A DNA stretch of 32,000 nucleotides from Candidatus Portiera aleyrodidarum (lineage in GTDB: Bacteria > Pseudomonadota > Gammaproteobacteria > Johnevansiales > Johnevansiaceae): positions 60,001 through 92,000 of the forward strand of contig NZ_LN649236.1 in NCBI RefSeq assembly GCF_000953395.1. The letters are read 5' to 3'. Made by a program: the position numbers and the translations under genes. How positions within the stretch are numbered: position 1 is the first letter of the stretch; each line of letters begins with the position of its first letter. Below are positions 19,231 to 31,804 of this stretch, piece by piece. Under the pieces are notes generated by a model. That model made no database searches and was not told the DNA's origin. It saw only the letters and a program-made list of their open reading frames with translations.

Positions 19231-20463
19231 TTAAATATTTAATATAAACCGTATAGGGTTTTCTAAAAGCTCCTTAACTAAATTTAAAAATTGTACTGCA
19301 TCCTTACCATCAAGTATACGATGATCATAAGACAACGCTAAATACATCATCGGACGTATAACTATTTCTCCATTTAAAACTACTGGACGTTTTTGAATTT
19401 TGTGCATGCCCAGAATAGCCGTTTGAGGCGGGTTAATAATAGGAGTAGAAAAAAGAGATCCAAATACCCCTCCATTGCTTATAGTAAAAGTTCCACCAGT
19501 AATTTCTTTAATACTTAATTTTCCATTAATACCACGTTGCCTGAAATCCATAATTAATTTCTCTATATCTACTATTTCCATAGAATCAGTATTTCTTAAT
19601 ATTGGAACAACTAAACCCCTATTTGTAGAAACTGCTATTCCAATATCTTGATAATTATGATAAACAATTTCTTTAGCATCAATAAAGGCATTAACTTTAT
19701 TAAAACGTTTTAGGGCTACAGTGCAGGCTTTTACAAAAAAACCCATTAATCCTAGCTTAGTACCATGTATTTCTTTAAATAGCTCTCTATATTGTACGCG
19801 TATCTCTATTATATTACTCATATCTACTTCATTATAAGTAGTTAACAATGCAGCATTTTTTTGCGCTTTTACTATACGCTTAGCCATCGTCTGACGTAAC
19901 CGACTCATTGGTACCCTTTTTTCTCCGACTTCTTTTAGACTACGTTGAACATCTTCTTTTAGACTACGTTGAACATCTTCTTTTAGACTACGTTGAACAT
20001 CTTCTTTTAGACTACGTTGAACATCTTCTTTTAGACTACGTTGAACATCTTCTTTTAGACTACGTTGAACATCTTCTTTTAGACTACGTTGAACATCTTC
20101 TTTTAGACTACGTTGAACATCTTCTTTTAGTATACGTCCCCCTTTTCCAGTACCAATAATTGCTTTAACATCTATACTATTATTAGCCATCATTTTGCGT
20201 GCCGATGGTGAAATATCTTCTTTGTTATCTACTATAATACCTAGCAATTGCTCTGATTTGCATGTTTTACCTACTGGTATCTTTATATCTTTAAGAATCC
20301 CTTCCGCTGGTGACACAACCTCTAGCAATACTTTATCAGTTTCTACTTCAACAATAATTTCATATCGTGAAATTTTATCCCCAGGTTTTTTATGCCAAGT
20401 AGCAACTGTACCTTCATTTACCGATTCAGGAAAGCTAGGAGCTTTTATATCTATATATTTAAT
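19231..20463 (-). CDS. sucB: 2-oxoglutarate dehydrogenase E2 (dihydrolipoamide succinyltransferase), probable ATT start, with internal 8x octapeptide repeat
   Basis: The catalytic core is RVPMSRLRQ...[10 protein letters not shown] and the PSBD is [24 protein letters not shown]. The lipoyl domain ([23 protein letters not shown]...[12 protein letters not shown]) lies upstream of the first canonical start used by the ORF track (TTG 20328), in the same open frame. AAGGA (20476..20472) plus 8 nt leads to ATT (20463..20461), giving about 410 aa. Confidence 0.92.
   Translation of the reverse strand: MKYIDIKAPSFPESVNEGTVATWHKKPGDKISRYEIIVEVETDKVLLEVVSPAEGILKDIKIPVGKTCKSEQLLGIIVDNKEDISPSARKMMANNSIDVKAIIGTGKGGRILKEDVQRSLKEDVQRSLKEDVQRSLKEDVQRSLKEDVQRSLKEDVQRSLKEDVQRSLKEDVQRSLKEVGEKRVPMSRLRQTMAKRIVKAQKNAALLTTYNEVDMSNIIEIRVQYRELFKEIHGTKLGLMGFFVKACTVALKRFNKVNAFIDAKEIVYHNYQDIGIAVSTNRGLVVPILRNTDSMEIVDIEKLIMDFRQRGINGKLSIKEITGGTFTISNGGVFGSLFSTPIINPPQTAILGMHKIQKRPVVLNGEIVIRPMMYLALSYDHRILDGKDAVQFLNLVKELLENPIRFILNI
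19930..20130 (-). repeat. Perfect tandem repeat, 24-bp unit x 8 plus a 9-nt partial copy, in frame within sucB
   Basis: The plus-strand unit TTCTTTTAGACTACGTTGAACATC starts at 19930, 19954, 19978, 20002, 20026, 20050, 20074 and 20098. All copies are identical, and 20122..20130 is a partial copy. It encodes (KEDVQRSL)x8. Confidence 0.97.
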
Positions 20464-20486
20464 CTTAATTATCCTTTTTATTAGCT

Positions 20487-23123
20487 TTAAAGAAAGGCTT
20501 CTTTTATTAAATTAGCCTGCTGTTTCATATGTACATCAATATAACCAGATGCTGGTGCTGCTGCTGCAGTACGACCTATAAACTTTAGCTTAAGCTTCTT
20601 ATTTAAATAGTACTTAATTTGATACCAAGCTCCTTGATTTTTAGGTTCTTCTTGACACCATATAATATGTTCACACTTAGAGTAACTAGATAAGTTTTCT
20701 ATAATACTTTTTTCAGGAAAAGGATAAAGCTGTTCTATTCGTAAAATAGCAGTATCCTTAATATTATTTGCTTTACGATAAGCAAATAAATCGTAATATA
20801 CTTTACCTGATGTAATTATAATTCTTTTTACTATATCTGGATCAATATTCTCCGTTTCACCAATCACCGTTTTAAAACTTCCATAAGATAAATCTTCCAA
20901 ACTAGATTTAGCATATTTATGCCGCAATAAACTTTTTGGTTGCATCAATATTAATGGTTTACGTAATTTCCGTCTTACATGACTACGTATTAAATGAAAT
21001 AGTTGGGAAGGATTTGTAGGTATACATAATTGCATATTTTGTTCAGCACATAACTGAATAAATCGTTCAATACGTGCAGAAGAATGCTCTGGACCTTGAC
21101 CTTCATAACCATGGGGGAGTAATAAAGTTAGACCGCATAAACTTCCCCACTTAGTTTCACCAGAAGATATAAATTGATCAATCACTACCTGGGCTCCATT
21201 AGCAAAGTCTCCAAACTGAGCTTCCCAAGCTACGAACATATTTTGTGATGTAGTAGAATAACCATATTCAAAAGCAAGCACAGCTTCTTCTGAAAGAATA
21301 GAATCTACTATAGTAAACTTAGGTTGCCCTTTTTTTATATGTTGCATAGGTATCCATACTGATCCATCTTTTTGATTATGTATTACTGCATGACGATGAG
21401 AGAAAGTTCCTCTTCCTGTATCTTGACCTGTTATACGAATGGCATAACCTTCATCTAATAAAGTAGCATATGATAACATCTCCGCAAAACCCCAATTGAT
21501 ATTACTACTAACCATACGACGATCTTCGTAAATTTTAGCAACTGTACTTTGAACTTCGACTTCGATACCCAAACCCAAATGGCACATTTTTCCCGCTAAT
21601 GAATGCATACGCTTCATTTCAAATGAGGTATACTCATCATACGAATCATAATACTTATACATAATAACACTTGATTTTTTATATGAATTATTAGCATCAT
21701 AATCTAAATTATGGCGATATAAATACACCATATTTTTAACCTCCTTCTTTGATATTAAACCTTGTTTTAATAAATATTTTGAATAAATTTCCCGTGTAGT
21801 TGGATGATTTTTTATTTTTTTATACATAATTGGTTGTGTTATTGATGGTTCATCTGATTCATGATGTCCCCTACGACGATAACATATCATATCAATTACC
21901 ACATCTTTTTTGAATTTATTCCTATAATCAACTGCTAATTGGGTTACATATTGAACAGCTTCTGGATCATCTCCATTTACATGTAAAACAGGATATTGAA
22001 ACATTTTTGCAATATCACTACAATATTTAGTAGATCGTGCATTGTGTCTATAAGTAGTAAAACCTATCTGATTATTAATAATAATATGTAAAGTACCCCC
22101 CGTATTATATTCCTTTATTTTTGACATTTGTAATGTTTCCATTACCACACCTTGTCCAGAAAATGCTGTATCACCATGTATAACAATAGGTAATACTTTT
22201 GTTACTTTTGTCATATCATTAATATAATCTTGTCTCGCACGAACCGCTCCTTCTATTACTGGATAAATAATTTCTAGATGTGATGGATTAAATGCTAATT
22301 TCAAATGCACCCCACCACCTTTTGTCATTATTTTTGAACTAAAACCTTGATGATATTTAACATCACCAGAACCTGATTCATATATTTGTTTTCCTTCAAA
22401 TTCCTTTATTATATCTGCTGGGCTCTTACCCAAAATATTAACTAATACATTTATACGTCCTCTGTGAGCCATACCCATAAAAATTTCTTTAATACTATAA
22501 TTACCAGAACGTTGAATTAATTCATATAACATAGGAATTAAAGTTTCTCCACCCTCTATACCAAAACGTTTAGTACCAGGATATTTACTAGATAAATAAT
22601 TTTCTAATCCTTCAGCTGCAGTAATTAATTCTAGAATATGCAAACTTATTTTTTTTGTTTGTGAGTAGTTGTTACGTACAGATTCCAAACTTTGCTCTAG
22701 CCACACTTTTTCTTCATTATTAATAAGATGCATAAATTCACATCCTATTGATCTACAGTAAGTTATATCCAAAACTTCAATAATTTCTTTTAATGTTGCT
22801 TTATTTTTACCAACCCCAGTATAAAAGACTTTATTTATATCTTCTTTATTCAATTCGTATAATGACAATTGAAGCGCAACCTTATTCTTACCTGGGTTTA
22901 TAGGGTTTATATTTGCCTTTATATGCCCCATATAACGATAAGCGTTAATAAGTTGCAACACGATCATTTGTTTTTTTATATTTTCTTTTTTTTGAACAAT
23001 GCATTCTTTTTTACTAATATAGTCAAAATATTGACGCCATTCTTCAGTAACCTTACCTTTATGTTTATGGTATTGTTCGTATAGTTCTTCTAAATAACTA
23101 ACATTATCTAAGGCTATTTGCAT
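20487..23123 (-). CDS. sucA: 2-oxoglutarate dehydrogenase E1 component
   Basis: 878 aa. The N-terminus [18 protein letters not shown].. is SucA-like. The ThDP region [11 protein letters not shown]..., [18 protein letters not shown] and the C-terminus are collinear. The start overlaps the gltX 3' end by 20 nt. Confidence 0.95.
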   Translation of the reverse strand: MQIALDNVSYLEELYEQYHKHKGKVTEEWRQYFDYISKKECIVQKKENIKKQMIVLQLINAYRYMGHIKANINPINPGKNKVALQLSLYELNKEDINKVFYTGVGKNKATLKEIIEVLDITYCRSIGCEFMHLINNEEKVWLEQSLESVRNNYSQTKKISLHILELITAAEGLENYLSSKYPGTKRFGIEGGETLIPMLYELIQRSGNYSIKEIFMGMAHRGRINVLVNILGKSPADIIKEFEGKQIYESGSGDVKYHQGFSSKIMTKGGGVHLKLAFNPSHLEIIYPVIEGAVRARQDYINDMTKVTKVLPIVIHGDTAFSGQGVVMETLQMSKIKEYNTGGTLHIIINNQIGFTTYRHNARSTKYCSDIAKMFQYPVLHVNGDDPEAVQYVTQLAVDYRNKFKKDVVIDMICYRRRGHHESDEPSITQPIMYKKIKNHPTTREIYSKYLLKQGLISKKEVKNMVYLYRHNLDYDANNSYKKSSVIMYKYYDSYDEYTSFEMKRMHSLAGKMCHLGLGIEVEVQSTVAKIYEDRRMVSSNINWGFAEMLSYATLLDEGYAIRITGQDTGRGTFSHRHAVIHNQKDGSVWIPMQHIKKGQPKFTIVDSILSEEAVLAFEYGYSTTSQNMFVAWEAQFGDFANGAQVVIDQFISSGETKWGSLCGLTLLLPHGYEGQGPEHSSARIERFIQLCAEQNMQLCIPTNPSQLFHLIRSHVRRKLRKPLILMQPKSLLRHKYAKSSLEDLSYGSFKTVIGETENIDPDIVKRIIITSGKVYYDLFAYRKANNIKDTAILRIEQLYPFPEKSIIENLSSYSKCEHIIWCQEEPKNQGAWYQIKYYLNKKLKLKFIGRTAAAAPASGYIDVHMKQQANLIKEAFL

Positions 23124-24606
23124 ATTTGTTTTGATATTCCTTTATTATTTTATTTTCCTGTTCTAGTGTTATTCCTCCTAATATATTTATTGCCTGCTTT
23201 ATACGTATAATCGTTATATCTTTACCAATAATTACTATAGTATCAATTACCGATGTAGAAATTAATCTTCCATTAATTGCAATAAAAATTGGAGCTAGTA
23301 TTGTTTTCATTTTTATTTTAAAATGGTTAGATAATTGTTTAACCTTATATAGTATAGTTGCCTTGTCCCATTTTTCTATATATTCTAACTGCAACCATAA
23401 AAATTTAAGTACTTTAATTTGCATTGTGTTTTTCAAAGCAATAACTTTAAAATCTTCCGCTTTTAATTTAGGTAATCCAGAAAAAAAATGTTCAGATAAA
23501 GGAATAATATCAGTTAAAATTTTTATACGAGGTTTAATTGATGGTAAAATCTTATATATATAGTCTTTAGCCCATTCATACATAACCTTAATTAACTTTT
23601 TATCTTCCATTGATCGAATATAAATACCATTTAACCAAGTCAATTTGTCTAAATCAAATATTGGACCTCCTAAAGATATACTCTTAATATCAAATTTAGA
23701 TTGCATATCTTCTATAGAAAACTTAGTATTTTTAATACCACCAATACTACCTAAGTAATTGATTATTGTTTGGGGTAAATAACCCATTTTACGATAATAT
23801 TCAATTGAATTATTTTGTTTGCGCTTAGATAGTTTTGATCTATCTGGATTACGTAATAATGGTAAGTGACAAAATTCTGGTGTTGGCCAGCCTAAATATT
23901 CATAAATCAACTTATGTTTTGGAGTAGAATTTATCCATTCTTCACCCCTTATTACATTAGTAATCCCCATCAAGTAATCGTCTACTACATTAGCTAAATG
24001 ATAAGTAGGTGTTCCGTCAGATTTTATTAAAATTTGTGAATCAACCTGATCCCAATTCATTTTAATACTACCCCTTAATACATCATAAAATACGCATATT
24101 CCTTCCTTAGGAACCTTAAGCCGTATTACATAAGGCCAATTGTTTTTTTTACGCAATTTTAATTCTTTATAATCTAACTGTAAATCTTTTTCTTTTAATG
24201 CTTTATCAAATTTACCTTTCCGCAATTTTTCTAGTTCTTCACTAGTTCGATAACATTTAAATACCTTACCTGAATTAATTAATTTCTCAACATATTTATT
24301 ATAGATACTATTACGTTCGCTTTGACGATAAGGTCCGAAATTTCCTCCTATATCCGGTCCTTCATCCCATTGAATGCCTAACCAATGTAATAATTCTAAA
24401 ATTTTTTTTTCAAATTTACTTTTTGATCGCAATCTATCTGTATCTTCAATACGAAGAATTACTTTTCCATTATTAATACGAGCAAAATAAAAATTTAATA
24501 AAGCAATATATGCTGTACCAATATGCGGTTCTCCTGTAGGTGAAGGGGCAATACGTGTGCGTAGAGGTGTTTTAAACGTTTTATCCAATTTTCGCCTCTT
24601 TTTCAC
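23104..24606 (-). CDS. gltX: Glutamyl-tRNA synthetase
   Basis: RIAPSPTGEPHIGTA (HIGH-type) and KLSKR are present. The ORF-track start is GTG at 24606. An in-frame TTG at 24588..24586, preceded by AAGAGG plus 6 nt, is an equally good or better start. Either start overlaps the deaD 3' end. Confidence 0.92.
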   Translation of the reverse strand: MKKRRKLDKTFKTPLRTRIAPSPTGEPHIGTAYIALLNFYFARINNGKVILRIEDTDRLRSKSKFEKKILELLHWLGIQWDEGPDIGGNFGPYRQSERNSIYNKYVEKLINSGKVFKCYRTSEELEKLRKGKFDKALKEKDLQLDYKELKLRKKNNWPYVIRLKVPKEGICVFYDVLRGSIKMNWDQVDSQILIKSDGTPTYHLANVVDDYLMGITNVIRGEEWINSTPKHKLIYEYLGWPTPEFCHLPLLRNPDRSKLSKRKQNNSIEYYRKMGYLPQTIINYLGSIGGIKNTKFSIEDMQSKFDIKSISLGGPIFDLDKLTWLNGIYIRSMEDKKLIKVMYEWAKDYIYKILPSIKPRIKILTDIIPLSEHFFSGLPKLKAEDFKVIALKNTMQIKVLKFLWLQLEYIEKWDKATILYKVKQLSNHFKIKMKTILAPIFIAINGRLISTSVIDTIVIIGKDITIIRIKQAINILGGITLEQENKIIKEYQNKYANSLR

Positions 24607-25858
24607 GTGCTAAATGTGCAAATACTGCTGCTAATTCTATCGGATTAAAACCTTTATCTACTAATTCTTGTACTAAATCCCGTTGATTATAATTTCTAGA
24701 AGCTAATATTGCAGTTGCACGATTTTTAAAAATACGATCACGATGATTTATTAATGCCTTTTCATTTGGTATTTCCATCTTTTGTCCAATAGCTTTTTCT
24801 AACCATTTTATTTTTCGTAATTCACTTCTATTTACAAAAGTAATAGCTATACCTGTACGTCCTGCACGACCTGTACGACCAATACGATGAATGTATGCTT
24901 CTTTATCATTTGGTATATCATAATTAATTACATGAGTAATACTAGGTAAATCAAGTCCTCTTGCAGCTATATCTGTAGCAACTAATATATTAACTTTACC
25001 TAATTTTAATCTAGATACCGTTCTGTCACGTAACTTTTGATTTAAATCACCAGAAAGTGCTGCTGCTGATATACTACGTGTAGTTAATTTTTCCACTAAC
25101 TTACTACAATAAGCTCTAGTACGTACAAATACAATTGCTGCATCAATTTTATAAATTTCTATAATACGCGCTAATGCTTCAAATTTAGCATTATTTTCAA
25201 TTTTACATAATCTTTGAATAATAGTTACTTTTTTATATTCAATATGAATTTTTACAGGATTAACTAAATAACGATTAACTATTGGTTCTATTTCGAATGG
25301 TACCGTTGCAGAAAAAAACACCCTTTGGGTTGTTATTGGCATCTTTTTAAGTATTATTTCTACATCTTCTATAAACCCCATACGTAACATTTCATCAGCT
25401 TCATCCAGTACTAGTGCCTTTAGATGTTTTAAATTCATAGAACCTCTTGTTAAATGATCTATCACACGTCCTGGAGTACCTACTACAATATGAGCACCTT
25501 TATTTAAACCACGTACTTGATCTCTATATTCTTGACCACCACATATAGTTATTAATTCAATATTTTTTACATATTTCCCATATCTAATAAAATTTAAAGA
25601 TACTTGTTGTGCAAGTTCCCGAGTAGGTGCTAATACTAATACCTGAGTATGTTTAATATTAATATCTATTCTAGTTAATAAAGGTAATGCAAACGCCGCT
25701 GTTTTCCCTGTTCCTGTTTGAGCTTTACCTAATAAATCACGTCCTTCAAGTAACCAAGGAATTGTTTTCAGTTGTACAGTGGAAGGATTTTCATAACCCT
25801 TAACTTTAATAGACTTTAAAACCGCTGGCAATAAAGCAAATTTTTTAAAATTAGACAT
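24581..25858 (-). CDS. deaD: DEAD-box ATP-dependent RNA helicase, DeaD/CsdA-like, lacking most of the C-terminal extension
   Basis: 425 aa. It has the Q-motif region, AQTGTGKT, PTRELA, the DEADEMLRMGFIEDVE stretch (the E. coli DeaD version, as I recall it, is nearly identical), SAT and HRIGRTGRAGR. AAGGTG lies 4 nt before the ATG. E. coli DeaD is about 629 aa. Confidence 0.88.
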   Translation of the reverse strand: MSNFKKFALLPAVLKSIKVKGYENPSTVQLKTIPWLLEGRDLLGKAQTGTGKTAAFALPLLTRIDINIKHTQVLVLAPTRELAQQVSLNFIRYGKYVKNIELITICGGQEYRDQVRGLNKGAHIVVGTPGRVIDHLTRGSMNLKHLKALVLDEADEMLRMGFIEDVEIILKKMPITTQRVFFSATVPFEIEPIVNRYLVNPVKIHIEYKKVTIIQRLCKIENNAKFEALARIIEIYKIDAAIVFVRTRAYCSKLVEKLTTRSISAAALSGDLNQKLRDRTVSRLKLGKVNILVATDIAARGLDLPSITHVINYDIPNDKEAYIHRIGRTGRAGRTGIAITFVNRSELRKIKWLEKAIGQKMEIPNEKALINHRDRIFKNRATAILASRNYNQRDLVQELVDKGFNPIELAAVFAHLAREKEAKIG

Positions 25859-25882
25859 TTTACACCTTATTACTTTCTAATA

Positions 25883-26000
25883 GCCTGACGATAACCTACT
25901 CTTACATAAGGAGAACCTCATACTACCATCGGCGTTAGGTGATTTAACTTCTGAGTTCGGAATGGTATCAGGTTGGTCCCACCAACTATAATCGTCAAGC
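25883..26000 (-). rRNA. rrf: 5S ribosomal RNA
   Basis: The reverse complement reads GCTTGACGATTATAGTTGGTGGGACCAACCTGATACCATTCCGAACTCAGAAGTTAAATCACCTAACGCCGATGGTAGTATGAGG...GAGTAGGTTATCGTCAGGC. It is collinear with E. coli 5S, and the terminal helix I pairs. Ends are +/- 2 nt. Confidence 0.92.
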
Positions 26001-26029
26001 TAAATTTTTCAAACTCTTTTAGGTACTAT

Positions 26030-28913
<2,884 letters not shown>

Positions 28914-28934
28914 ATAACCTTTAATTCTTTTTTT

Positions 28935-29007
28935 TGGGTCTGGGCAGAATTGAACTACCGACCTCACCCTTATCAGGAGTGCGCTCTTCCATCTGAGCTA
29001 CAGACCC
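28935..29007 (-). tRNA. tRNA-Ile (anticodon GAT), CCA not encoded
   Basis: The reverse complement is GGGTCTGTAGCTCAGATGGAAGAGCGCACTCCTGATAAGGGTGAGGTCGGTAGTTCAATTCTGCCCAGACCCA. It folds as a 73-nt cloverleaf (7-bp acceptor, GCTC/GAGC D stem, CTGATAA anticodon loop, TTCAATT T loop). It is followed by AAAAAA rather than CCA. Confidence 0.95.
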
Positions 29008-29051
29008 ACTACCTTTGGTAAGTACTTCTTTCATCATAAAGACTATCTTTT

Positions 29052-30593
<1,542 letters not shown>

Positions 30594-30650
30594 TTTTATC
30601 CTTTTTTTGTCTTTATATGAAGAACAAAGTACCTACTTAATTTCTTTTTT

Positions 30651-30679
30651 ATTATATTAAATATATATTTTTTTGTCAA
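30651..30679 (-). promoter_or_regulatory. Consensus sigma70-type promoter for the rRNA operon (TTGACA-N17-TATAAT)
   Basis: The minus strand reads TTGACA (30679..30674), an exact 17-nt spacer AAAAAATATATATTTAA, then TATAAT (30656..30651). It lies about 58 nt upstream of the mature 16S 5' end. The -35 contains the trpS TGA stop (30678..30676). An A/T tract lies upstream (UP-like). Confidence 0.65.
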
Positions 30680-31641
30680 ATTATATTATTTTTTAATTCA
30701 GATATTCTTTTTTTTGCTTTATCTCGTGCTATATATTCTCCTTTTTTTAGTATTTTCTTAATATATGTATAATCTTTTAAAAGTCTTAAATAAATATCTC
30801 TTGGATAACGAAGTGATTCATTAATATAATCAAAAACTATTTTTTTTACTTCACTCCAACTTATACCTTCCTTATATCTATTTTTTAAACAATAAATTTC
30901 TTCTTTATTTGCAAATGCTGAGAATATTTTCAATAAAGTACAATTTTTTATATCTTTAGGATCACTTGCTTTAGTTGAATTAGTTTTTATTTTACGAATC
31001 ATCTTATATAATGTTTTTTCTGTACAAAATAAAGGAATAGTATTACCATAACTTTTAGACATTTTTCGTCCATCTAAACCATTTATAATTTTATTTCTTT
31101 TATCTAATTTTATTTTTGGTAAAACCCAATATTTTCCATACATACTATTAAATTTTAAAGCAATATCTCTTGTAATTTCTATATGTTGAATTTGATCTTT
31201 TCCTACTAAAACCAAATTGGCATTAAATAATAAAATATCCGCTGCCATAAGTAAAGGATAACTATATAATCCCATATTAATATTATTTTTGCCAGTTATT
31301 AATAATGACTTATAAGCATGAGCTCTATTTAATAAACCTTTGGAACAAATACAACATAACAACCACATTAATTCAGTAATTTCTGGTATAGCTGATTGAC
31401 AATATAAAATTACATTCTTTGGATCTAATCCAATTGCTAACCAAGCTGCTAACATTTCTAATCTATACCGTTTTATTTTTTTAGGATTTTTTAATTTTAT
31501 TAAAGCATGTAAATCTGCAATAAAACAATATGTTTTTATATTTCTATTTCTACTTACCTCAATTGTCGGACGCAATGCTCCAATATAATTTCCGATATGA
31601 GGAGCTCCATTAGGAGTAATCCCACTAATTACAGTAATCAT
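30676..31641 (-). CDS. trpS: Tryptophanyl-tRNA synthetase
   Basis: 321 aa. [17 protein letters not shown] (HIGH-type), GKDQIQHIE and KMSKS are present. Confidence 0.93.
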   Translation of the reverse strand: MITVISGITPNGAPHIGNYIGALRPTIEVSRNRNIKTYCFIADLHALIKLKNPKKIKRYRLEMLAAWLAIGLDPKNVILYCQSAIPEITELMWLLCCICSKGLLNRAHAYKSLLITGKNNINMGLYSYPLLMAADILLFNANLVLVGKDQIQHIEITRDIALKFNSMYGKYWVLPKIKLDKRNKIINGLDGRKMSKSYGNTIPLFCTEKTLYKMIRKIKTNSTKASDPKDIKNCTLLKIFSAFANKEEIYCLKNRYKEGISWSEVKKIVFDYINESLRYPRDIYLRLLKDYTYIKKILKKGEYIARDKAKKRISELKNNII

Positions 31642-31781
31642 TTAGATTCACGATAACAAACATGTCTACGTATTATTGGATCATATTTTTTTAATTCTAA
31701 TTTTTTCGGATTAGTTCTTTTATAAGTTGAATAACAATGACCTGTACCTTTAGTGGAAACTAACTTTATTTTCTTTCTCAC
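31638..31781 (-). CDS. rpmG: 50S ribosomal protein L33 (missed by the ORF track, 47 aa, GTG start)
   Basis: The minus strand reads GGAGA plus 7 nt, then GTG AGA AAG AAA ATA AAG TTA GTT TCC ACT AAA GGT ACA GGT CAT... This translates to (M)[46 protein letters not shown]. Compare E. coli L33 ..[45 protein letters not shown]. The TGA stop overlaps the trpS ATG (ATGA). Confidence 0.9.
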   Translation of the reverse strand: MRKKIKLVSTKGTGHCYSTYKRTNPKKLELKKYDPIIRRHVCYRESK

Positions 31782-31804
31782 AACCAATTCTCCAATATAT
31801 TTTT

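Noticed and set aside
19930-20130. I considered whether the 24-bp repeat array could be a CRISPR array or a minisatellite in non-coding DNA.
   Set aside because: The units are directly adjacent with no spacers. The array lies entirely inside sucB in frame, and there are no cas genes or leader sequence.
19908-20159. An 83-aa plus-strand ORF encodes (LLLDYVEH)x8.
   Set aside because: It is the mirror image of the sucB tandem repeat. The sucB frame is continuous with conserved PSBD and catalytic-core sequence on both sides, so the antisense ORF is a by-product of the repeat.
20195-20515. A 106-aa plus-strand ORF spans the sucA/sucB junction.
   Set aside because: It is antisense to the conserved lipoyl domain of sucB and the sucA 3' end. 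Its composition is low-complexity and hydrophobic, typical of antisense frames in AT-rich genes.
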